This document shows, piece by piece, positions 1 to 7,247 of a stretch of 11,945 bases of DNA. The first letter of the stretch is position 1. Each line of letters opens with the position of its first letter. The position numbers and the translations under genes were made by a program. The notes beneath the pieces were generated by a model that searched no databases, was not told the DNA's origin, and worked only from the letters and a program-made list of their open reading frames with translations. The stretch is taken from assembly GCA_046484135.1 (NCBI GenBank), contig JAWOBU010000089.1, positions 1 through 11,945 on the forward strand, read 5' to 3'. The stretch is from a bacterium (GTDB lineage Bacteria > RBG-13-61-14 > DATKZS01).

Positions 1-804
1 GCGGGCCAGATGGTGATGTATCTTCTGCGTTATTTCGCGGAGAACTACGGCGATGACTGCAAGGCGACCCGGCTAGCCAACTCCGCTGACATCTACTTTG
101 TGCCGGTCATGAACCCGGACCGCATGGCCAAGACCGCCAGGATGCAGTCCAAGTACGGGATCACCGGTTTTCTCCGGAAGAACAAGCACGACGTGGATTT
201 GAACCGGAACTTCCCTTACCCGGAGGACGCCCCTGACCGGCTCAAGTACACCGCGGGTGCGCCCTGGGAATGGTTCACGACCTATCGCGGGCCGGAGCCT
301 CTTTCCGAGCCGGAGGCACGGTACTTTATCGAGTTCGTGGACGGGCATGATTTCCTGCTTTCGCTAAACTACCACACCTCGGGCGGCATGATCCTGTACT
401 CGCCCGGGACCTACCCGGACCCCATGCCGGACACCGAGCTCATGAAAAAAATGGCCAAGGCTTACCAGGCCCAGCAGTTCGACGAGTACGCCGTACACCC
501 GGCCATAGAATTGTACCCTACCCTGGGCGCGCTGGACGATTACCTGTATCATCGTTACGGGATACTGGCTTTTACGGTCGAGGTTGGAAACAACATCAAC
601 AAAAGGGCGTGGAAGATTCATAACGGCACCTTCTCGCCCGTGTTCTGGGCCTATAACGTGTATGAGCTGGAACAGGAGGCTGCGAACAACATCCCGGGCG
701 CTCTGGCCATGATTGATTACGCGATCAAGGTCCACCATAAGCCGGAGATGCGAAAGTGGGAGCCTTCCGAGGAAAGGTGGGTGGGAGAGCCTCCCAAGGA
801 GTGA
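1..804 (+). CDS. M14 family zinc carboxypeptidase (N-terminus lies upstream of the window)
   Basis: The frame is open from base 1. M14 motifs: IYFVPVMNPD, RKN..VDLNRNF, YRGPEPLSEPE, LNYHT (third Zn ligand), G.LDDY and FTVEVG (catalytic Glu). The HxxE Zn motif is absent, consistent with 5' truncation by the window edge. Confidence 0.92.
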   Translation, partial: AGQMVMYLLRYFAENYGDDCKATRLANSADIYFVPVMNPDRMAKTARMQSKYGITGFLRKNKHDVDLNRNFPYPEDAPDRLKYTAGAPWEWFTTYRGPEPLSEPEARYFIEFVDGHDFLLSLNYHTSGGMILYSPGTYPDPMPDTELMKKMAKAYQAQQFDEYAVHPAIELYPTLGALDDYLYHRYGILAFTVEVGNNINKRAWKIHNGTFSPVFWAYNVYELEQEAANNIPGALAMIDYAIKVHHKPEMRKWEPSEERWVGEPPKE

Positions 805-882
805 GAGGATCGCAAACAAGGTTTTTCCCCTGACGTGTGGAGTTGACCTGTAATCTCCTTCCGGCTGTTAAGGATTTTATGA

Positions 883-1815
883 ATGTCTGAGAAAGCGGTA
901 CTGGAGGCTCTTGGTCTCACCAAGAGGTTCGGTGATATCCGGGCGGTGGATGACCTGTCCTTGACTGTCAACCAGGGGGACATCTACGGTTTCCTTGGTC
1001 CCAACGGCGCGGGCAAGACCACCTCCATCCGGATGATGCTGGGTCTTATCAAGCCTACATCGGGGGCCGCCCGGGTTTTCGGCCATGACGTTAATCGTGA
1101 GTTCAAGGCGGCGATCTCCGAGGTCGGCGCCATGGTGGAGGGACCGGCTTTTTACCCATACATGAGCGGCAGGCGGAACCTGCGGCTTCTGGGGCGGCTC
1201 TCGGGCGGCGTGTCCGAAGAAAGGATTGACGAGGTCCTGGAGCTGGTAGGTCTAAAGAGGCGGGGCGGTCATAAAGTGAAGGGCTACTCGCAGGGGATGC
1301 GCCAGCGTCTCGGTATTGCCATGGCCCTGCTTCACAAGCCGCGTCTAATGATCCTGGACGAGCCCACCAACGGCCTGGACCCGCAGGGCATGCGGGAGGT
1401 CCGGAACCTTATCCGGGCCATTCGGGACCAGGAGGGGACCAGTATATTTCTTTCCAGCCACCTGCTGGGAGAGATAGAGCTCATCTGCGACCGCATCTCC
1501 ATCATCTTTAAAGGCGAGATCATCCGGGAAGGATGGATGGACGAGATTATCGGCGCAGGCTCGGACGTGGTGACGGTGCAGGTCCCGCCGGAAGAAAGCG
1601 AGGGCTGCGCGAAGTTCTTAAAGAATAAATTCGAGGCGGAGCCGGAGCAGGTCCGGCAGGGGGTGCTGGAGTTTCCGCGCGGTGGGCTTGAGAGCTATGC
1701 CGTCAACAAGGCGCTTTTGGAGGCCGGCTTTAAGGTATCTTCGCTGACCACCCGCAGGCGGAGCCTGGAAGAGTTCTTTGTCGAGCTCACGGGGGAGTCC
1801 CAGGATGTCCACTGA
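883..1815 (+). CDS. ABC transporter ATP-binding protein (ABC-2/BcrA-like exporter type)
   Basis: Walker A GPNGAGKTT, signature YSQGM, Walker B ILDEPT, H-loop SSH and C-terminal SLEEFF, typical of ABC-2 exporter ATPases. Confidence 0.96.
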   Translation: MSEKAVLEALGLTKRFGDIRAVDDLSLTVNQGDIYGFLGPNGAGKTTSIRMMLGLIKPTSGAARVFGHDVNREFKAAISEVGAMVEGPAFYPYMSGRRNLRLLGRLSGGVSEERIDEVLELVGLKRRGGHKVKGYSQGMRQRLGIAMALLHKPRLMILDEPTNGLDPQGMREVRNLIRAIRDQEGTSIFLSSHLLGEIELICDRISIIFKGEIIREGWMDEIIGAGSDVVTVQVPPEESEGCAKFLKNKFEAEPEQVRQGVLEFPRGGLESYAVNKALLEAGFKVSSLTTRRRSLEEFFVELTGESQDVH

Positions 1816-2704
1816 GAGCAGGATGGCCAGGATGCTGGATTTTCCGAGAACCGTGCTTCGGCTGGTGCGTGCGGACCTGGTCAAGCTTTCCCATTACTGG
1901 GTGATTATCGTCGGCTACGTGGCTCTATTCATCATCGCGGTAGTGGGGGCCATGCTTTTTCATTACCTCGAGCAGAGTCTCGCCATCGTCAAGTCCAATA
2001 CCGGCTACGACTTCGCCATCAAGTGGGTCACCGAATGCGTGCAGTACAGCGCGCCTTTTCTGTACGTCATGATCTGCATCCTCTTTGCCATGGAGGTCTC
2101 CAACTCGACGATCAAGAACCTTCTCACCCGGCCGGTGACCAGGATAGAGCTTATCGTGTCCAAGTACATAACCGCGCTTATCATGATCGTGGCTGCACTT
2201 CTCATCTTCTGGTTTGTCGCTCTTTTCCTGGGGTGGCTGTATCACGGCCTGGGGCCCCTGGTGGACGACACCGAGAACGAGTGTTTCTCCATGGCCCATA
2301 TGTTCCGGCAGATGGGAATCGGGACCCTGTTTCTCCTTATACCTTTGTTCACAATGGCCGCCATGGCCCTCATGGTCTCCAGCTACTCCTCGACCATGGG
2401 CGGCGCCATCATCATCGGCTTCATCATCTTCATGTTCTTCGAGATACTGGCCGTGGTCCCCCTCCAGAACGAGATATCCTTCACTTTTCAAGGCGACACC
2501 CACAGCCTGCCCGTAAAGGCGTTCTTCTTCACCGCGCTCCGGTCCAAGCCTCTCATGCTCCTTGACGACCTTGCCACCTGCATGAGAATCTATACCTGGT
2601 GGACGTGGGAAATCATTTCCATGACCGCGATATGCGGCATTTATTTTTTGGTCTTCTTCATGGCCTCCCTTGTCGGAGTTAAAAAGAGGGACTTCACGAT
2701 ATGA
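1805..2704 (+). CDS. ABC-2 type transporter permease
   Basis: About six hydrophobic segments, N-terminal ADLVKL, E..NSTIKNLLTRPVTRIELIVSKY motif and C-terminal KKRDF. Start placed at ATG 1805 because of GGGGGAG at 1791-1797 and overlap with the ATPase 3' end. Alternative in-frame ATGs lie at 1823 and 1832. Confidence 0.92.
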   Translation: MSTESRMARMLDFPRTVLRLVRADLVKLSHYWVIIVGYVALFIIAVVGAMLFHYLEQSLAIVKSNTGYDFAIKWVTECVQYSAPFLYVMICILFAMEVSNSTIKNLLTRPVTRIELIVSKYITALIMIVAALLIFWFVALFLGWLYHGLGPLVDDTENECFSMAHMFRQMGIGTLFLLIPLFTMAAMALMVSSYSSTMGGAIIIGFIIFMFFEILAVVPLQNEISFTFQGDTHSLPVKAFFFTALRSKPLMLLDDLATCMRIYTWWTWEIISMTAICGIYFLVFFMASLVGVKKRDFTI

Positions 2705-4407
2705 AAAAAAGAAGCAAAGTCAATAACCGGGCCGTCGCCCTGGTTCTAATGGTCGCGGCTTTGTGCCTTTTCCATGCTCCCCTTCGCGCCGCGGACGAGG
2801 GAGAGTCGGACCGGTTCGACTTTTACAAGATGGAGTTCAAGGGCAGCCGCCAGGACCAGTTGGTTTATGACCTGAACGGGAACGATTACAAAGACCTCTG
2901 CATGATTTACACCCGTTCGGACAAGAGAGGCGAGTTCTGGCTCCGCAGTTTCCTGCAGGACAAGGAGCAAGGGTTCACCGGAGAGTCGAACGACATCAGG
3001 ATACCGGCGGGAGCGAGGACGTTTGACGTGGGCAACCTGGACGGCAAGCCGGGGGCAGAGCTGGTTATCATGACCGATAGCGGTATCCTGGTCTCCGGAT
3101 TTGCCGACGGCAACTTCGGAGAGTTTGAAAAGATATCCGACAAACGGCATCTCTTGTTCGGCACGGAAGGGGACAGGCCGCGCCTCCATCGAACCCTGTG
3201 GGACCTGGACACGGACGGATCGGACGAGCTCATCGTGCCCCATACTGACGGTCCCCTGATCTACAAGTACAAGAAGGGCAAGCTCGAGCTTTTTCAGAGA
3301 ATCAATCGCCCGGCCCGCGTGACCTACCGGGTAGGCAGCATGGGCGACATAATGGTCACCGACGACGTGAACCAGTTCCTGCGTTTCAAGAACTATGAGA
3401 AGCGCATCGCCGCCCGCTACACCGTGCCGGACGTGTTCGTGGAGGACTTTAACAGCGACGGCAGACCGGACATCGTTACCCTGGTGAAAAACCGCCTCCA
3501 GGTGTTCCTCCAGAAAAAGGACGGCACCTTTACCAAGAAGCCCGCCGTCTCGGTGGAGAAGTCCATCCTGTCTCCCGACGAGAAGAAGACTGGTTTTGCC
3601 GGCGAGGCCATGACATTTGCGGACCTCTCCGGCGACGGTCTTCACGACATCATCATGCTCAAGTGGGGAACCTCGGAAGAGCGGACCATGATTGACCGCT
3701 ACATCTACTTCGGCAGGGAAGGGCTCGAGTATCCGGACAAACCCGACCAGATCATCCGCTCGGAGAGCGCCACTATAGACTTCGGCATCTACGATCTGAA
3801 CAAGGACGACAGAAAGGACGTGGTGATTCCCTTTTTCCATTTCGCGCCCGCCCAGGCTTTGAAGGTCATGACCGAGAACGCCATTAAGATACAGTTCCGG
3901 ATTTTTCTGGCCAACAGCTCCGGCAGGTTCGACCAGGTCGAGGGCAAGAAGTTCGCCCGGGTGGACCGGAGAATCCAGATCAGCTACAAGATTGATCTTC
4001 TCGGCATGATCTTCGACTTCAAAACGCTCATCGAGGGGAAGTTCAATCCCCTGATCAGCTTCGGACACGATTTCAACGGAGACGGCTATAACGACCTTGT
4101 GGCCGACAGCGGCCGCGACGAGCTCGAGTTCTACTGGGGCAACAAGGAGGTCGAGTTCCCCCGACGGCCCGATATGGAGATACCCCTCGAGTCGTCCCTT
4201 GAATACAACCTCGCGGATTTAAACAATGACGGAAAATGCGATATCATTACTTACTACGAGTCCGAAGAGCGGACCAAGAAGAAAAGGGAGCTTGCCAGGA
4301 AAGCCCGCCAGATGAGCGGTACCCGGAAGTCCCTCGAACTCCAGGAAGAGTCGGCCCTGGCCCGCATCCCCGAAGGCACCAGGATCAAGGTCCTGATCAG
4401 CAAGTAG
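2701..4407 (+). CDS. Secreted FG-GAP/VCBS-like repeat (Ca-binding beta-propeller) protein
   Basis: Sec signal peptide (MKKRSK...VALVLMVAALCLFHAPLRA). Eight DxxxDG-like motifs: DLNGNDYKDL, NLDGKPGAEL, DLDTDGSDEL, DFNSDGRPDI, DLSGDGLHDI, DLNKDDRKDV, DFNGDGYNDL, DLNNDGKCDI. ATGA overlap with the permease stop. Confidence 0.88.
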   Translation: MKKRSKVNNRAVALVLMVAALCLFHAPLRAADEGESDRFDFYKMEFKGSRQDQLVYDLNGNDYKDLCMIYTRSDKRGEFWLRSFLQDKEQGFTGESNDIRIPAGARTFDVGNLDGKPGAELVIMTDSGILVSGFADGNFGEFEKISDKRHLLFGTEGDRPRLHRTLWDLDTDGSDELIVPHTDGPLIYKYKKGKLELFQRINRPARVTYRVGSMGDIMVTDDVNQFLRFKNYEKRIAARYTVPDVFVEDFNSDGRPDIVTLVKNRLQVFLQKKDGTFTKKPAVSVEKSILSPDEKKTGFAGEAMTFADLSGDGLHDIIMLKWGTSEERTMIDRYIYFGREGLEYPDKPDQIIRSESATIDFGIYDLNKDDRKDVVIPFFHFAPAQALKVMTENAIKIQFRIFLANSSGRFDQVEGKKFARVDRRIQISYKIDLLGMIFDFKTLIEGKFNPLISFGHDFNGDGYNDLVADSGRDELEFYWGNKEVEFPRRPDMEIPLESSLEYNLADLNNDGKCDIITYYESEERTKKKRELARKARQMSGTRKSLELQEESALARIPEGTRIKVLISK

Positions 4408-4434
4408 TCGTAAACATTTGTTGCAGGTTTTGTT

Positions 4435-5661
4435 ATGCAGGAAGTGAAAATAATCGGGGTGGGGATGACCACCTTCGGGAAGTTCCTCTATAAGTCCCTC
4501 AAAGACCTGGCCCGCGAGTCTTGCACCAACGCTTTCGAGGACGCGGGAATATCCTCCATGGACGTTCAGGCCGCCTTTGTGGGAAACTCCATGGCCGGCC
4601 TGATCACCGGCCAGGAGTGCATCCGCGGCCAGGTCATGCTCCGGCCCCTCGGCATCGGAGATATCCCGGTCATCAACGTGGAAAATGCCTGCGCATCCTC
4701 CACCACCGGCCTCTATCTCGCCTGGATGGCCGTGGCCTCCGGACAGTTCGACGTGGTGCTGGTTCTGGGAGCGGAAAAGCTCTATCACCAGGAGCGGTCC
4801 CGAAGCTTCCAGGCCATCGCCGCCAGCATGGACCTCGAACAAATCCAGGCCTGGCTCCAGCTCAAGAAAGAAGACCAGAATTTCGCTTCCACCCGGCCGG
4901 GCCAGGAGCGGTCCCCTGACCGGAGCGTGTTCATGGACTTCTACGCCATGGGCGCCAGGAACCACATGGCCAGGTACGGCACCACCGTCGAACAGCTCGC
5001 CGCCCTGTCCGTTAAAAACCACTTCCACGGGTCCTTGAACCCCTATGCCCGCTACCACCAGGTCTACACAGTGGACGAGGTCTTGAACTCACCGCTGGTG
5101 GCACATCCCCTGACCCGCCTCATGTGCTCGCCCATAGGCGACGGAGCGGCCGCGGCCATTGTCTGCTCCGCTGATTACGCCCGCGCGCGCGGCAATGACG
5201 ACGCCGTAACCATAGCTTCCGTGGCCATGGGCTCGGGCGTAGACCGCCAGATGGACGAGCCGGACATTGTCTCCCGCGTGGGTGTCCGGGCCTACGAGGA
5301 AGCGGGAGTCGGCGCGGAAGACATTGACGTGGCAGAGTTGCATGACGCCACCGCTTTCGGCGAGCTCATGGCTACGGAAGAGCTCGGGTTCTGCGCAAGA
5401 GGGGAGGGCGGCCCCTTTGCAGAGGCCGGACACACCCGGCTCGGAGGGAAGCTCCCCATAAACACCTCCGGCGGCCTCGAGTCGCGCGGCCACCCTGTAG
5501 CTGCCACCGGAGTGGCCCAGGTGGCTGAGCTGGTCCGACAGCTCCAGGGAAAAGGCGGCCTGCGCCAGGTCGAAAACGCAAAAGTAGGACTGGCCCAGAA
5601 CGGTGGAGGCGCCATCGGTATAGAAGCCGCCGTCATGGCGGTTACCATCCTGAAAAGCTGA
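4435..5661 (+). CDS. Thiolase-family protein, SCP2/nonspecific-lipid-transfer (BbsB/Ltp-like) type
   Basis: IIGVGMTTFGK start, ENACASS nucleophile loop, CSPIGDGAAA, ELHDA, INTSGGL.SRGHPVAATG and C-terminal AQNGGG. Confidence 0.93.
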   Translation: MQEVKIIGVGMTTFGKFLYKSLKDLARESCTNAFEDAGISSMDVQAAFVGNSMAGLITGQECIRGQVMLRPLGIGDIPVINVENACASSTTGLYLAWMAVASGQFDVVLVLGAEKLYHQERSRSFQAIAASMDLEQIQAWLQLKKEDQNFASTRPGQERSPDRSVFMDFYAMGARNHMARYGTTVEQLAALSVKNHFHGSLNPYARYHQVYTVDEVLNSPLVAHPLTRLMCSPIGDGAAAAIVCSADYARARGNDDAVTIASVAMGSGVDRQMDEPDIVSRVGVRAYEEAGVGAEDIDVAELHDATAFGELMATEELGFCARGEGGPFAEAGHTRLGGKLPINTSGGLESRGHPVAATGVAQVAELVRQLQGKGGLRQVENAKVGLAQNGGGAIGIEAAVMAVTILKS

Positions 5662-5687
5662 AGCCCGTCCCGTGCCCTCGAATGCCG

Positions 5688-5890
5688 GTACAATTTTCGA
5701 CCCCCATGCGGCCCTGAGAAAAAATCAGAGACCCCTCTTACACCAATGTTCCATGTTTTCAGCAAGTTAAGCATAGCCGATCCCTCGAAACCCTGTAAAA
5801 TAAAAAGGCCAAAAACCGTACCGCAACAGTACAATTTCGATAACTCAAAGCCCCGATTCCGTATTGCCCCGAAGTACAATTTTCGACCCC
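5688..5890. repeat. Direct repeats GTACAATTTTCGACCCC (5688-5704, 5874-5890) plus a partial copy (5829-5840)
   Basis: Two exact 17 bp copies 186 bp apart. GTACAATTTCGA at 5829-5840. GACCCCTCTT is shared by 5730-5739 and 5885-5894. Confidence 0.85.
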
Positions 5891-5897
5891 TCTTGTC

Positions 5898-6152
5898 TCA
5901 CGCAAAAGCGCAAAGACGCAAAGAATTTTGTGTTTATTTTTAAGTCCTTAGACATCACAAGGCCTTTTGAAACGCAACGCCCCGGGACCGCCAGACGCCA
6001 GCCTGGCTCTAAACGCAACGCCGCAATGCCGCAACGATTTCTCTTGTTCAAGATGACTTTAGTGCGAGCGACTTCAGTCGCGATAATCCTCTGCTCCGCA
6101 AGCTCAAAATCTCTTCTTCTCTCTCCCCTTCGCGTCTTGCGCCTCTGCGTGA
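5898..6152. repeat. ~255 bp segment bounded by imperfect CACGCAAAGGCGCAAAG-type inverted repeats (REP/MITE-like)
   Basis: 5898-5923 TCACGCAAAAGCGCAAAGACGCAAAG versus the reverse complement of 6128-6152, TCACGCAGAGGCGCAAGACGCGAAG (22/26, one gap). Confidence 0.7.
6062..6084 (+). repeat. REP-like hairpin GTGCGAGCGACTTCAGTCGCGAT
   Basis: Perfect stem GCGAC-TTCA-GTCGC (6068-6081) preceded by GTGC, one base from the GT(A/G)G head of GTRG-type REPs. Confidence 0.55.
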
Positions 6153-6299
6153 AACCCTCTTCCTTCGTGAACACAATCCCTTATATACAGCAAAAACGTT
6201 GCACTTCTCTTACCTTATGTAACTCCCGCCCGAAAACCGCCTCGTTCAAAACCCAACCCTTTGTTTTTAATGGCAAAATTAAAATATATACATTTCAGG

Positions 6300-6329
6300 T
6301 TGACTTCTGTTTTGGGGTGTGGTAGTAAT
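6300..6329 (+). promoter_or_regulatory. Putative sigma70 promoter
   Basis: TTGACT at 6300-6305, 17 bp spacer ending in TGG, then TAGTAA(T) at 6323-6329. An AT-rich tract lies immediately upstream. The -10 match is imperfect. Confidence 0.35.
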
Positions 6330-6432
6330 AAGAAAATTCATAATGGAGAATTTGAGTGAATTTTGATGTTTTGGAATTCAAGAGCTCAGGAAAATGAACA
6401 GGAAAGCATGATCTTGTACGAAAATCCAGAAA

Positions 6433-6460
6433 ATAAGCTTAATTGTAAAGAACTGACCCC
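6433..6460 (+). repeat. Dispersed ...TGACCCC element end (copy 1)
   Basis: ATAAGCTTAATTGTAAAGAACTGACCCC is 25/28 identical to the reverse complement of 10899-10926. Confidence 0.85.
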
Positions 6461-6564
6461 AAACCCTAATAACGGTTGTTATCGAAGCGGGATTGTTTCC
6501 GTTCGGCCCGGAAAATTTTACCGGACCTTGCACCTGAAAGCCAGAAATCAAAGGAGGGACCGGC

Positions 6565-7014
6565 ATGGACTCCACGGAGAAGCTCAAGGATTTTTTCGAA
6601 AGCGGGATACCATTTGCGGCCCGCGCCGGCATTGAGGCCGACCGGATGGAAAAGGACGGCATAACCCTTAAGATGCCGCTTGATCCCAACCGTAACCACA
6701 TCGGCACCATGTACGCGGGTGCCCTGTTCACGCTGGCCGAGATGATGGGCGGGGCCGTGGCCGTGGTTTACTTCATGGAGCACGGCTTCATGCCTATCGT
6801 GAAGGGCCTCAACATCAAGTTCGTAAAACCCGCCGAGACCGACATCACCGCCACCTGGCACATGGAGAACGATGAAGTAGAGCGCGTGGTTTCGGACAGC
6901 AAAGAACACGGCAAGGCCGAGTATACCATCAACCTGGAGCTTGAAGACAAGGACGGCGTTGTAACGGCCGTAAGCGAAGGCTTCTACCAGGTGCGTGGCT
7001 CCTGGAAAAAATGA
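6565..7014 (+). CDS. Hotdog-fold thioesterase (PaaI/YiiD C-terminal/DUF4442-like)
   Basis: NRNHIGTMYAGALFTLAE motif and IKFVKPA strand. RBS AAGGAGG at 6551-6557. Confidence 0.9.
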   Translation: MDSTEKLKDFFESGIPFAARAGIEADRMEKDGITLKMPLDPNRNHIGTMYAGALFTLAEMMGGAVAVVYFMEHGFMPIVKGLNIKFVKPAETDITATWHMENDEVERVVSDSKEHGKAEYTINLELEDKDGVVTAVSEGFYQVRGSWKK

Positions 7015-7222
7015 CGGTGTTTGAGTACGGCTTTGAGTCCCCTTTTTGCCGGCTTTCGGGATTGATGAAGTACTCGTTAATGGCCACGACTTTTTCGCCA
7101 GTGTCCCGGTTTTTAAAATCGGCGCAGTTTTTCTCATTTGGAGACTCCGGAATTTCCACAGCGGAATCTGAATTTGTGTGAGGGGACTTTGCAAAAAGCT
7201 CGTTAATATATTGGAATATCAT

Positions 7223-7238
7223 TGTTCCACGTGGAAAG
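7223..7238. promoter_or_regulatory. parS-like ParB-binding palindrome
   Basis: TGTTCCACGTGGAAAG matches the parS variant TGTTCCACGTGGAACA at 14/16, with a perfect 12 bp palindromic core TTCCACGTGGAA (7225-7236). Confidence 0.6.
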
Positions 7239-7247
7239 GAGGCTGTG

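Noticed and set aside
843..875. Sigma70 promoter for the ABC genes (TTGACC at 843)
   Set aside because: No acceptable -10 hexamer at 16-18 bp spacing.
2746..4068. 440 aa antisense ORF, and the other long shadow ORFs (1925-2503, 4219-5058, 6466-7194, 7203-8027)
   Set aside because: They lie opposite well-supported genes, have no recognisable motifs, and are expected from GC-rich codon bias.
5688..5890. Possible CRISPR array
   Set aside because: The repeats are only 12-17 bp with irregular spacing (141 and 45 bp start-to-start), and no cas genes are in the window.
5746..6635. Intergenic ORFs 5746-5943, 5845-6174, 5864-6325 and 6363-6635
   Set aside because: They are translations of repeat DNA with no convincing SD, atypical composition and no motifs.
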